NCBI GenBank assembly: GCA_963733095.1
Contig: CAVTBV010000016.1
Span: forward strand, 96,001 to 160,000
Reading direction: 5' to 3'
From: Candidatus Bathyarchaeota archaeon
GTDB taxonomy: Archaea; Thermoproteota; Bathyarchaeia; Bathyarchaeales; Bathycorpusculaceae
Length of the DNA: 64,000 nt
The notes under the pieces are model-generated. The model was given only the letters and a program-made list of their open reading frames with translations. It ran no database searches and was not told the origin of the DNA. The first letter of the stretch is position 1. Each line of letters opens with the position of its first letter. This document shows, piece by piece, positions 28,259 to 38,254 of the stretch. A program made the position numbers and the translations under genes.

Positions 28259-29407
28259 TTAATATTTTTTGTGTAAATAACATCTAGTTCCGAAGGCGAG
28301 GGTAATCTGGGGGTTTAGCCGATGTTTAGATTTCATATGAACCAAATTTACCGTAATAAACACCGCTGCAGTCGCCACCAAGATGAATACTAGAACGGTG
28401 AATTCCGGTAAAGTCTTCTCCTGTGGCAGGGAGGAGGAATCGGCTATCACTGAGACTTTGTTGCTCTCCGAATAGGTCACGAACACCTCACCTTTGCCAG
28501 AATCAAACGTCATGCCTTGAGGCTGTTTTGGCAAGGACAGATTCTCAATTACAGTGTTGTTGCTGTCTGACACTACTGAGAGCGAGGTTGAATTATATTT
28601 CGACACGAATATTCTGCCATTTCCAGAATCATACGCTAGGCAGTTAGGGCTAGTGCCAACTGTCACAGTTCCAACAATAAGGTATGTTTCGTCTGAGACA
28701 ATTGAGACCGTACTGGAATTATAGTTGGCTACAAATATTTCGCCCCTACCAGAATCATAGGCTAAGCTTAAGGGTTGATTTTCCACCGTTATGTTGGCAA
28801 CCACGGCGTTAGTTGTGTCAGATATCACCGCAACCTGATTGCAGCCAGCATGGCCAACAAATATCTCGCCTCTACCCGAATCGTAGGCTAAGGCACAAGG
28901 TTGACTTCCTACCTCTATGTTGGCGACAACTGTGTTGTTAACATCCGAGACCACAGAGACAGAACTTGAATTATAGTTGGCTACGAAAACCTCACTTTTG
29001 CCCGAGTCATAAGCAACTGCAGAAGGAGCACTTCCAACCATAATGGTAGCAACTACGGTGTTGTTGCTGTCAGAAATCACTGAAACCGAGTTGCCGCCAT
29101 GGTTTGCAACAAAAATTTCGCCCTTCCCCGAATCATACGCTACGCCGTACGGCACACTCCCCACGGGCACGGTTGCTACTACAGTATTGGTACTGTCTGA
29201 GATTACATAGACCGAGTCGGTATCCCCATTAGCTACGAATACTTCGCCCATTTGGGAATCGTAAGCTAAACCATAACAACCGCCTGAATGCCCAAGAGAA
29301 ATCGTTGCAACCACTGCAAGAGCGTGGACCTCGCTGGTTACTATTGGCAGTACAAGAACCGTATTGATTAAAAGCAAGATGGAAACGATTTTTCTTAGTT
29401 GCTTCAC
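28259..29407 (-). CDS. YVTN/YncE beta-propeller surface protein with PEF-like C-terminal sorting signal
   Basis: Signal peptide; about 7 repeats of P.G.AYDSGKGEIFVAN..S.SVSVISD..NTVVATI; PEF followed by TM and basic tail. Confidence 0.85.
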   Translation of the reverse strand: MKQLRKIVSILLLINTVLVLPIVTSEVHALAVVATISLGHSGGCYGLAYDSQMGEVFVANGDTDSVYVISDSTNTVVATVPVGSVPYGVAYDSGKGEIFVANHGGNSVSVISDSNNTVVATIMVGSAPSAVAYDSGKSEVFVANYNSSSVSVVSDVNNTVVANIEVGSQPCALAYDSGRGEIFVGHAGCNQVAVISDTTNAVVANITVENQPLSLAYDSGRGEIFVANYNSSTVSIVSDETYLIVGTVTVGTSPNCLAYDSGNGRIFVSKYNSTSLSVVSDSNNTVIENLSLPKQPQGMTFDSGKGEVFVTYSESNKVSVIADSSSLPQEKTLPEFTVLVFILVATAAVFITVNLVHMKSKHRLNPQITLAFGTRCYLHKKY

Positions 29408-29420
29408 AGGTTGTTTCTCC

Positions 29421-30713
29421 TTAAGTACCCAGTCTTTGTTTGCTGCGTTGGTCTTTCGTACTCTTTCTTGTCTTTACTGCAACTATAAGCGTAACTGCTA
29501 CAACAAGAACCAAAGCTGCGTCCACAAACGGTAACAGTTGAGACAAAACTGCCCCGCCTTGCTGAATGTCAAATTTTGCAAGCCACACATGACCATCCTT
29601 CGAGCCCACTATGATGTAGCCGCCGTCTTTGGCGTTTATGAGGGAGTTGAAGCTTGCCTCCAACCCCACAGGCAACTTTACATCTGAAAGAGCAGTATAC
29701 GAAACTTGGTTGCCTACTGGGTCAGTTAGGATTAATTGAACATCAGTCATGTTTGAAATCGACAAAAACAAGTATCCACCGTTTGGGGTTTCGACCGCAG
29801 AGGTTATGGAGCTGTGCGCGACACCGTAGGTTTGATTCCACTGCATGTTCCAATCCGCATCGGTTTTGACCACCCACGCGTTCTTCTGCCAAAGGTAACC
29901 CGCCAACAAGTACCCGCCGTCGCTGGTTGCTATGGCAAAGTTGCATTCAGGTTGATAGTAGTAGCCTTCGCCGCCGTAAAGTGTGGACGCCACCACATTT
30001 CCGTGGGAATCCAACTTTATGAGTCTAAAGAACGCGTGGTTTGGGTCGAATATGTAACTGACATCAGAAAGAACATAGCCGCCATCTGAGGTTTGGAAGA
30101 CACTTGAGGGGCAATCCGCTAAAGGCCCAGAAATTGTTCTGTTCCACAGCATGTTTCCTGAGGAGTTGGTTTTGACAAACCAAATCCAGCCTAAGCCTTC
30201 ATCGACTAATTGTCCGAAGCCTGCAATAGCGTATCCGCCGTCGCTAGTTTGGATTATAGATTGGAGGTAGTTAATGGGAGCTCCCGAACTGTAGGTTTTG
30301 TTCCACTCGATGTTACCAGCTGAATCGGTTTTGACTACCGTGTAGAGGTGATCCATGATTCCCGCCACGACAAAGCCGCCGTCAGCAGTAGGGTGAAGAC
30401 GGGGCAAGGTAGTGTTTGCTGGATCAAGTATGATTGGGTGTGACCATACTCCCTGGTTTGAGGAGTCAAGTTTTGTGAGGAAAGTGCAGGTTCCGTTGAC
30501 AGTGTTGAGGACTAAGCTGCCGTCGCTTAGCTGGTACACGGAGTAGCCTACCGTGCCAGGCAAATCTGTCTGCAACTCTATGGGCGAAGACACTGAAGAT
30601 GAAACCTTTGCTGAACTAGTCGCAAATGAAAGCCAAACAACACTTAACGCTAAGAACACTAAAACAACAACTGCAGACAGAACGATTGCTTTCCGCAACA
30701 TCACACCCACCAA
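29421..30713 (-). CDS. Membrane-anchored repeat (beta-propeller-like) surface protein
   Basis: N-terminal signal; repeats of QTSDGGY..AG...W.VKTDS.GN..WN.TY; C-terminal TM plus basic tail. Confidence 0.8.
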   Translation of the reverse strand: MVGVMLRKAIVLSAVVVLVFLALSVVWLSFATSSAKVSSSVSSPIELQTDLPGTVGYSVYQLSDGSLVLNTVNGTCTFLTKLDSSNQGVWSHPIILDPANTTLPRLHPTADGGFVVAGIMDHLYTVVKTDSAGNIEWNKTYSSGAPINYLQSIIQTSDGGYAIAGFGQLVDEGLGWIWFVKTNSSGNMLWNRTISGPLADCPSSVFQTSDGGYVLSDVSYIFDPNHAFFRLIKLDSHGNVVASTLYGGEGYYYQPECNFAIATSDGGYLLAGYLWQKNAWVVKTDADWNMQWNQTYGVAHSSITSAVETPNGGYLFLSISNMTDVQLILTDPVGNQVSYTALSDVKLPVGLEASFNSLINAKDGGYIIVGSKDGHVWLAKFDIQQGGAVLSQLLPFVDAALVLVVAVTLIVAVKTRKSTKDQRSKQRLGT

Positions 30714-30918
30714 TCAATAGATAAAAGGGACATTTAATTCTACTCAAAGAACACTTTGTTCCAGCTCTGGAACACCTATCTGCAGCCCAATATCCAAGTA
30801 TTGTAGAAATGATAGAGGGGTAGAAGTCCCTAAGAGGGGTAGGCCGTATTTGGTTTTCAGCTACCATTAAATGTTGAAAATCAGTAATTTAGAAAAGAAA
30901 AAGATGCAGAGAGCAGTC

Positions 30919-33900
30919 TTACCATTTTTTCCATGGTAACTCGTCCATGTACTCGTTTAAGCTGCGGATGCTGTTACCGTTTTGTCCTTTCTGCTTGAGC
31001 ACTTCCACAAGAGCCGCGGCAAGTTGCAGGTTGGTGATGACGGGTATGTTGAATTCTACTGCTTGGCGCCGGATTATGTAGCCGTCGGTTAAGATATCAG
31101 AGAAACTGGAGCGCCGGTTTGCCATTGGCACGTTGATTACTAGGTCGATTTTGCGTTCCTGTAGGTAATCCATTATGTTTGGGCTGACTTGTGCTTCCTT
31201 GACTTTGTAGAGTACTGTGGCAGATACGCAGTGGTCATTGAGTACGTCGGCTGTGTGTTGGGTTGCGTAGATTTTGAAGCCCATCTCAGCCAGCGCTTTA
31301 GCAATCGGCACAACACGAGCTTTGCGTTCTTGGTCGCCGCCGACGCTGATGAAGACTTTGCCGTCTTTTGGCGGTATCGTAAATTCAGCCGACTGCAAGG
31401 CTTTGCTGAAGGCGTCTGAGAAGTTTTCGCCTAAACAAGCGACTTCACCTGTGCTGAGCATTTCCACGCCCAAAACTGGGTCGGCACCGCTAAGGCGCAT
31501 GAAACTGAACTGTGGAACCTTCACACCAACATGAGGCGCAACCTGCATTGGAGAGAGCTTGACGCCGTCGATTTTTTTGCCAAGCATCGCCAAAGTGGCG
31601 AGATCTATCATGTTTATGCCGCGTGTTTTACTTACAAAGGGCATGGAGCGGGAGGCGCGTAGGTTGCATTCGATGACGTTGACGACGTCGTCTTTGACTA
31701 GGTACTGTATGTTGTAGGGTCCATGTATATTGAGGGCTTTAACGATGCTGATTGTGCATTCTTCGACTTTCTTTTGAACCTCAATCTTAAGTGCTTGAGG
31801 CGGAATAGTCATGGTTGCATCGCCACTGTGGACACCAGCGTTCTCAACATGCTCCATTATGGCGCCGATGAACACATTTTCGCCGTCCGAAACACCGTCC
31901 ACTTCGACCTCTTTGGCGCGGTTAATGAACTTGCTAATGACAACTGGGTGGTCGCGTCCAACCTTAGCGGCCAAGTTAAGGAAGTTCTCAAGCGAAGCCT
32001 CGTTGTAGGCAACGCGCATAGCTGAACCCGACAGCACATAACTTGGTCGGACGATGACGGGGTAACCGATTTTGTCTGCAAAACGCTTTGCCTCGGCGAT
32101 GGATTGCAGTTTACTCCAGCCAGGTTGGCTGATGCCGAGTTGGTCGAGGAGGGCACTGAATTTTGATCGGTCTTCGGCTAAATCGACGTCTTCCGCGGAG
32201 GTGCCGAGCAGTTTTATGCCTGCTTTGGAGAGCGGCATGGCTAAGTTGTTGGGGATTTGTCCGCCTACACTTGTAATGACGCCTAAGGGGTTTTCTTTTT
32301 CGTAAATGTCCAAAATGCGCTCGATGGTAAGTTCTTCAAAGTAGAGTTTGTCGGAGACATCATAGTCTGTGGAGACGGTTTCAGGGTTATAGTTAACCAT
32401 GATGGCTTCTTGTATGCCGTTCTTCTTTAGTGCCCAAATCGTGTTGACACCACACCAATCGAACTCAACACTTGAACCAATTCGGAAGACACCAGCGCCC
32501 AAAACGATAACTTTGCTTGGAGTTGTTGAAAGTTCTATATCGTCTTCGTCTCCACCGTAGGTGAGATAGAGGTAATTAGTTTTGGCGGGCCACTCCGCTG
32601 CCAAAGTATCTATTTGTTTGATTGATGGAATAATGTTGGCATTTTTCCGAAATGCCCTGATTGTAAATTCGTCTGTTTTTTGGCATTCAGCTATTTGCTC
32701 GTCTGAGAACCCGATGCGTTTAGCTTCGCGGATAGTCTCTATAGATGACGCTTCTGCAATGTTTAGAGTACGCAGTTTGGCTTCCATACCAATTATGTTT
32801 TGGATTTTGTAGAGGAAGAAGGGGTCTACACCGCTTAAACGGTAGATCTCCATTATTGGGATACCGATTTTGAGGGCTTTGGCAATCTTGTAGAGGCGCT
32901 CGTCTGTTGGGTGTGCCATTTCGTCCCTGAGGAACTCTTCTGTCTCAGGCTCCGAATCTTCAGGGTTACAGACGAGTCCAATCTTGCCTATGTCAAGCAT
33001 GCGGACAGCTTTCTGAAGCGCTTCTTCAAAACATCGGCCAATCGCCATAACCTCGCCCACTGAACGCATCTGGGGACCAACATGACGGTCTGCATTCTTG
33101 AACTTCTGCAAATCCCAACGTGGAATCTTTACAGTTATGTAATCCAAGGCTGGTTCGAAGCATGCGGTTGTGACTTCGGTGACTTTGTTTATGAGTTCGG
33201 GCAAAGTGTAGCCCAAGGTAAGTTTTGTTGCGATGTAGGCAAGGGGATAGCCTGTAACTTTACTGGCGAGTGCAGAACTGCGAGACATGCGGGAGTTAAC
33301 TTCGATAACGCGGCATTCTTCGGATTTGGAGTGGAGCGCCCACTGGATGTTGCATTCGCCCACGATTCCTAAGCTGCGGATCGCGTTTATGGAGATTGAG
33401 CGGATCTGGTGGTATTCGCGGTTAGTCATGGTTTGTGACGGCGCAACAACGATGCTATCGCCTGTATGGATGCCCATGGGGTCAAAGTTTTCCATGTTGC
33501 AAACCGTTAAGCAGTTGTCGGCGTAGTCACGCATGACTTCGTACTCTACTTCTTTCCAGTGCCCCACGTACTCTTCTACAAGAACCTGATTAATTCGGCT
33601 TTGGGCAATGCCCACGGTTACGATTTCTTTGAGTTCCTTTTCGTTGTGTGCCACACCTGCACCTTTCCCGCCCAAAGTGTAAGCAACACGGATCATAACC
33701 GGGTATTTGATTTCTTCAGCAATCGCTAAAGCTTGCTTCACACTGGTGGCCGCTCGACTTTTTAGGTAGGGAACTCCAGCTTTTTGCATGGCTTGGCGGA
33801 AGCGTTCACGATCACCAGTATCTTCGATGGCCTGGACAGGGGTACCTAAAACTTTGACGTTGTACTTTTGAAGAATCCCTGTTTTTTCAAGTTCTAAGCC

Positions 33901-34194
33901 GCAGTTTAGGGCCGTTTGTCCGCCGAAGCCCAGCAGGATACCGTCGGGACGTTCTTTTTCGATGACTTTTTCGACGAATTCGGGTGTAACTGGCAAAAGA
34001 TAGACTTTCCCAGACAACCGTGGGTCAGTCTGTATGGTGGCGATGTTTGGGTTAATTAGGACCGTCTCGATGCCTTCCTCGCGGAGAGCCTTTAGACATT
34101 GGCTGCCCGAATAGTCGAATTCGGCGGCTTCCCCGATTTTAATGGCGCCGCTGCCCAAAACAAGAACCTTCTTTATCCAATCAAACTTGGGCAT
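30919..34194 (-). CDS. carB: Carbamoyl-phosphate synthase large subunit
   Basis: GSGAIKIGEAAEFDYSG, duplicated ATP-grasp halves, NPETVSTDYD, MGS domain. Confidence 0.97.
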   Translation of the reverse strand: MPKFDWIKKVLVLGSGAIKIGEAAEFDYSGSQCLKALREEGIETVLINPNIATIQTDPRLSGKVYLLPVTPEFVEKVIEKERPDGILLGFGGQTALNCGLELEKTGILQKYNVKVLGTPVQAIEDTGDRERFRQAMQKAGVPYLKSRAATSVKQALAIAEEIKYPVMIRVAYTLGGKGAGVAHNEKELKEIVTVGIAQSRINQVLVEEYVGHWKEVEYEVMRDYADNCLTVCNMENFDPMGIHTGDSIVVAPSQTMTNREYHQIRSISINAIRSLGIVGECNIQWALHSKSEECRVIEVNSRMSRSSALASKVTGYPLAYIATKLTLGYTLPELINKVTEVTTACFEPALDYITVKIPRWDLQKFKNADRHVGPQMRSVGEVMAIGRCFEEALQKAVRMLDIGKIGLVCNPEDSEPETEEFLRDEMAHPTDERLYKIAKALKIGIPIMEIYRLSGVDPFFLYKIQNIIGMEAKLRTLNIAEASSIETIREAKRIGFSDEQIAECQKTDEFTIRAFRKNANIIPSIKQIDTLAAEWPAKTNYLYLTYGGDEDDIELSTTPSKVIVLGAGVFRIGSSVEFDWCGVNTIWALKKNGIQEAIMVNYNPETVSTDYDVSDKLYFEELTIERILDIYEKENPLGVITSVGGQIPNNLAMPLSKAGIKLLGTSAEDVDLAEDRSKFSALLDQLGISQPGWSKLQSIAEAKRFADKIGYPVIVRPSYVLSGSAMRVAYNEASLENFLNLAAKVGRDHPVVISKFINRAKEVEVDGVSDGENVFIGAIMEHVENAGVHSGDATMTIPPQALKIEVQKKVEECTISIVKALNIHGPYNIQYLVKDDVVNVIECNLRASRSMPFVSKTRGINMIDLATLAMLGKKIDGVKLSPMQVAPHVGVKVPQFSFMRLSGADPVLGVEMLSTGEVACLGENFSDAFSKALQSAEFTIPPKDGKVFISVGGDQERKARVVPIAKALAEMGFKIYATQHTADVLNDHCVSATVLYKVKEAQVSPNIMDYLQERKIDLVINVPMANRRSSFSDILTDGYIIRRQAVEFNIPVITNLQLAAALVEVLKQKGQNGNSIRSLNEYMDELPWKKW

Positions 34195-35358
34195 TTACTT
34201 GACCTCCAAGGTTTTAGCAAACTTGTCAAACAGCATTTCAGTGTCGTATGGTCCCGGTGATGCTTCAGGATGCCATTGAACTGCGAAAACTGGCTTGTTT
34301 TTATGTTTAACACCCTCGGTGGTTTTGTCGTTGGGGTTGATGAACCAGGGTTCAAGCGACGTATTATTGAGTGACTCCATGTTTACTGCGTAACCGTGAT
34401 TTTGCGTCGTAATGTAGCATCGCTTATTATACATGTCGAGTGCGGGTTGGTTTTGAGCGCGGTGACCAAACTTTAACTTGTAGGTGTCTCCGCCCAATGC
34501 CAAGGTGAGAATTTGTGCACCAAGACAGATGCCCATTAAGGGAAGCTTATCGGATAACTCGCGTATTGCTTCAATGGTTTTGGTGCATTTCTTGGGGTCG
34601 CCTGGACCGTTGCTTACGAAAATGCCGTCTGGGTTGTAAGAGAGGACTTCACAGGCTGAGGTGTCGTATGGTACGCGTGTTACGTTTATGCCTCGTTTGA
34701 GGAGGTTGCGGATTATGCTGTACTTGACGCCGCAGTCGATTAAGACCACACTCTTTTTTGCATCTTCAACTGTGTAGGTACAGGGTTTTTTCACCGAGAC
34801 TTCCTTAACAAGGTCTGTTTGGTTTGGATCGACAATGCTTTTGCCGTTCTTTAGCAGTGCATTCAAGTTGGGTTCTTCGCCTGCTTCAAAAACCTGCAAA
34901 ATCCCCAGCATGACACCGTGGGTACGAAGCTTCTTGGTTAAGCGTCTTGTGTCAACACCATAGATTCCAGGAACCCCTTCGTCTGCTAGCCACTTATCGA
35001 GAGTCCTTGTGGATGCCCAATGGAACGGCTCAAGGCAAAGCTCATGGATAACTAAGCCTTGGACTTGAATGTGGTCACTCTCGAAGTAAAGAGGCAAGCC
35101 AAGGTTTTGTTCGTTGGATGGAACGCCGTAGTTTCCAACCATCGGATAAGTGAACGTTAAAACCTGCCCCTTATACGACGGGTCCGTAAGCGCTTCGGGG
35201 TAACCAACCATCTGAGTTGAAAAAACAACTTCCCCAGAGATTTTTCCTGTTGCACCAAAACCTTTACCGATAAAGGACGTTCCGTCTTCAAGAAGCAGTA
35301 TCGCTTTTTTATCTTTGTTTTCGGATGTTCTATTTTGTGGGAACAAAGCCCTATTCAA
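34195..35358 (-). CDS. carA: Carbamoyl-phosphate synthase small subunit
   Basis: TDPSY.GQ, SNGPGDP, GICLG, QNHGY, HPEASPGP. Confidence 0.97.
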   Translation of the reverse strand: MNRALFPQNRTSENKDKKAILLLEDGTSFIGKGFGATGKISGEVVFSTQMVGYPEALTDPSYKGQVLTFTYPMVGNYGVPSNEQNLGLPLYFESDHIQVQGLVIHELCLEPFHWASTRTLDKWLADEGVPGIYGVDTRRLTKKLRTHGVMLGILQVFEAGEEPNLNALLKNGKSIVDPNQTDLVKEVSVKKPCTYTVEDAKKSVVLIDCGVKYSIIRNLLKRGINVTRVPYDTSACEVLSYNPDGIFVSNGPGDPKKCTKTIEAIRELSDKLPLMGICLGAQILTLALGGDTYKLKFGHRAQNQPALDMYNKRCYITTQNHGYAVNMESLNNTSLEPWFINPNDKTTEGVKHKNKPVFAVQWHPEASPGPYDTEMLFDKFAKTLEVK

Positions 35359-35359
35359 C

Positions 35360-36862
35360 CTATAACTTTGAATTTTTAAGTCTTCCGTTTTTGGAAGAAA
35401 TTGATTGAGAATGTGATTTCACGGTCGAGTTGAGGGTGTTTTCTGCGTTTGCAAGGTTTGTTTGGAGTTTAATTATGTTTGTTTTTGTCTGTGTCAGGGT
35501 TTTACTTGTGGATATGATTGCTCTTTCGACCTCTGCGGGTGATGGACCACCTTGAACTTTATAGGTTTCGACTAGTTCGCGGGGATTTATGCATTCAACT
35601 ATGTCTAATCTTTTCACAGTTAATTTGATTCCAGACGATTCTTGAGCTACTTTTGCTAATAATTCAGGGGTTGCCTCGAGTAAAGTCTGTTTTGAATCGA
35701 CAAGTACCTTCACTAAAGCGCCAACTATCTTGTGGGAGGTTCGGAAAGCCACATTGTACTTTCGTACGAGCATGTTGGCAAGTTCTGTAGCGCCCACAAA
35801 GCCTGCGGCGGCTTTGCCTTCGACGTTTGAGGATACTTTCAGGTTAGGAATGAGTTGTGCGAATATGTTCAATGCAGCGTGCAGGTTATCAGTTGATGCC
35901 CAGAGCTTGGGCGTTATCTCTTGGAAGTCAAGGTTGTAGGTTGTCGGCAAGCTCTTGAGGGCAGCGGCTGAAGCAACAAAATCGCCCAGTGCATAGCTGG
36001 CTCTTGCACGGATAACTTCGAGAACTTCAGGGTTCTTCTTCTGGGGCATTATGCTGCTGGTTGATGTGAACTCGTCGGGCAACTCAACGGTTCCAAACTC
36101 TGGCGAACTCCAGATAATCAGATCTTCCGCTAAGCGGCTTAAATTCACTGCAAGCAACGTAAGTGCTGATTGGGTTTCGAGGATGAAGTCTCGGCTGCCA
36201 ACTGCATCGATCGAGTTTTCTAGCACTGTGTCGAAGCCTAAGAGTTCAGCCGTTGTTTTTCGGTTTATCGGAAAACTTGTTGTTGCGAGTGCTCCAGCGC
36301 CTAGAGGGCAAAGGTTAACGCGCGTGTAAACGCTTTGCAATCTTTGCAGGTCGCGTCCTAATCCATCGACGTACGAGAGGAGGTAGTGGGCAAAGGTGAC
36401 TGGTTGGGCTGGCTGCAGGTGAGTGTAAGCTAAGATGATTGTTTCTGTGTGTTTACCTGCAGTTGCCAGAAAACTCTCCTGCGTGTCTAGCACCTGTTGC
36501 ATAATTCCCAATAGTTCCTTACGCAAGGCCATGCGGATGGCAGTTGTAACCTGGTCGTTTCTGCTCTTGGCAATGTGCAGGTTTCCGCCAACTTCAGGTC
36601 CCGTCTCGGCTAAAACCGCTTCCTCCACTGCCATGTGGATGTCTTCGGCGTCAGGGTCGAGTTTTTGGCTGTTTTGTTTGGCGAGGGCTGAGAGGATTTT
36701 TGCGCCATCCTGCCACTGAATGATTTTCTGCGTCATAAGCATAATGACGTGTGCCTTGTTTATGGATAAAACAGCGTCAGCTAAGCGTGCATCATCCTTG
36801 CGTGAAGAGGTAAACTTTGCAACATCTTCTCGGACATTGCCCAAGCGTCCCCCATGCAGCAT
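35360..36862 (-). CDS. argH: Argininosuccinate lyase
   Basis: SRNDQV, YTHLQPAQP, SSIMPQKKNP; start may be ACG at 36871. Confidence 0.96.
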   Translation of the reverse strand: MLHGGRLGNVREDVAKFTSSRKDDARLADAVLSINKAHVIMLMTQKIIQWQDGAKILSALAKQNSQKLDPDAEDIHMAVEEAVLAETGPEVGGNLHIAKSRNDQVTTAIRMALRKELLGIMQQVLDTQESFLATAGKHTETIILAYTHLQPAQPVTFAHYLLSYVDGLGRDLQRLQSVYTRVNLCPLGAGALATTSFPINRKTTAELLGFDTVLENSIDAVGSRDFILETQSALTLLAVNLSRLAEDLIIWSSPEFGTVELPDEFTSTSSIMPQKKNPEVLEVIRARASYALGDFVASAAALKSLPTTYNLDFQEITPKLWASTDNLHAALNIFAQLIPNLKVSSNVEGKAAAGFVGATELANMLVRKYNVAFRTSHKIVGALVKVLVDSKQTLLEATPELLAKVAQESSGIKLTVKRLDIVECINPRELVETYKVQGGPSPAEVERAIISTSKTLTQTKTNIIKLQTNLANAENTLNSTVKSHSQSISSKNGRLKNSKL

Positions 36863-36910
36863 CTTCGACGTTTTTTCTGCCCTCCTGCCAATTTATTTTC
36901 GTTAAAAAAA

Positions 36911-38128
36911 TTAAGCCTTCTTTGCCGTGGGCTTCTTGTTGGCTTTCTTTAGAGAGTTGTACATTCTTGTTTGCAACCCCCAGAGTTCGATGAAGCCTTT
37001 GCTGTAGGATTGGTTGAAGCTGGTTTTGATGTTGTAGTTGGCTAGGTTTTTGTCGTAGAGTGAGTTTGGTGAGCTACGTCCAATGACGATGAGGCTGCCC
37101 TTGTAGAGTTTGAGTTTGACTTCGCCTGTTACATTTTCTTGCGAGTGATTTATGTAGGCGTCTAAATCATCTTTTAAGGGGTCAACCCACAAGCCAGCGT
37201 ATGCTAAGAATACCCATTGAGCATCGATTTGTTGTTTGAAGAGGACCTGATGACGGGTCATGACCATTTTTTCGAGGTCTTTATGCGCTTCCAATATGAC
37301 AACGGCTGCGGGGCACTCATAGACTTCGCGTGATTTCAAACCGACAATACGGTCTTCTATATGATCGATGCGTCCGACGCCGTTTCTGCCAGCTATCTTG
37401 TTAACTTCCTCTATCAGTGGGAGAGGCGCCATTTTTTTGCCGTTAACCGCGACTGGGACTCCAAGGTCAAAGGTGATCGTGACTATTTCTGGTTTGTCAG
37501 GGGCTTTTTCAGGAGCAACAGTCCATTCGTACGCATCGTCTGGTGGAACTTGGCTTGCGTCTTCGAGGAGTCCACATTCGATGGCTCGTCCCCAAACGCT
37601 TGCGTCGATGCTGTATTTTTTTGCTGCTTCAGAGACATGGATGCCTTTTGTTTTGGCGTAAGCTATTTCTTCTTCTCGGGTTAGACCCCATTCGCGTATT
37701 GGAGCAAGAATCTGTTTTCCAGGTGCTAAGGCTCCAAGTGTTATGTCAAAACGAACTTGGTCGTTTCCTCTGCCGGTGCAGCCATGAACTAAGCCTGTTG
37801 CACCTTCTTTTTCGGCGATTTCAACCATCTTTTTGGCGATTAATGGTCGGGATAGGCTTGTGCTTATGGGGTATTTGCCTTCGTAGAGGGCGTTAGCTTT
37901 TATGGCTGGGAAGATGTAGTCTTTGGCAAACTCGTCTTTGGCGTCGATTGAGAAATGTTTGACGACACCGAGTTTTTTAGCTTTTTCCTCAGCCCCTTTG
38001 ATGTCTTCTTGTTGACCAACGTCAACGGTTACTGTTATTACTTGTGCGTTACATTTTTCTTGGAGGTACTTGATTAACACGGATGTGTCTAATCCGCCGG
38101 AGTATGCTAGGATAAATTTTTCGGTAAT
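36911..38128 (-). CDS. argG: Argininosuccinate synthase (probable ATT start)
   Basis: Frame extends upstream of the track start to ITEKFILAYSGGLDTSV; HGCTGRGNDQVRF, KSREVYE. Confidence 0.95.
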   Translation of the reverse strand: MTEKFILAYSGGLDTSVLIKYLQEKCNAQVITVTVDVGQQEDIKGAEEKAKKLGVVKHFSIDAKDEFAKDYIFPAIKANALYEGKYPISTSLSRPLIAKKMVEIAEKEGATGLVHGCTGRGNDQVRFDITLGALAPGKQILAPIREWGLTREEEIAYAKTKGIHVSEAAKKYSIDASVWGRAIECGLLEDASQVPPDDAYEWTVAPEKAPDKPEIVTITFDLGVPVAVNGKKMAPLPLIEEVNKIAGRNGVGRIDHIEDRIVGLKSREVYECPAAVVILEAHKDLEKMVMTRHQVLFKQQIDAQWVFLAYAGLWVDPLKDDLDAYINHSQENVTGEVKLKLYKGSLIVIGRSSPNSLYDKNLANYNIKTSFNQSYSKGFIELWGLQTRMYNSLKKANKKPTAKKA

Positions 38129-38224
38129 GTGATTGCTCCCCCATTTTTTGTTTTAAATTGTTTCCCTTACCTTGAGGGCTGTATTTTTAAACCTTGTGAC
38201 TTTTTTGTTACTTAACAAGCTTTA

Positions 38225-38244
38225 AATGTACCATTTGATACATT
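38225..38244. promoter_or_regulatory. Inverted repeat AATGTACCA-TT-TGATACATT between TATA and start of the ACT-domain gene
   Basis: Read directly; 8/9 palindromic arms; overlaps the end of CTTTAAAT (38220-38227). Confidence 0.5.
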
Positions 38245-38254
38245 CACAGACATC

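Noticed and set aside
28430-29330. Periodic ~126-nt nucleotide similarity
   Set aside because: Explained by YVTN protein repeats; not CRISPR (no identical repeats with unique spacers).
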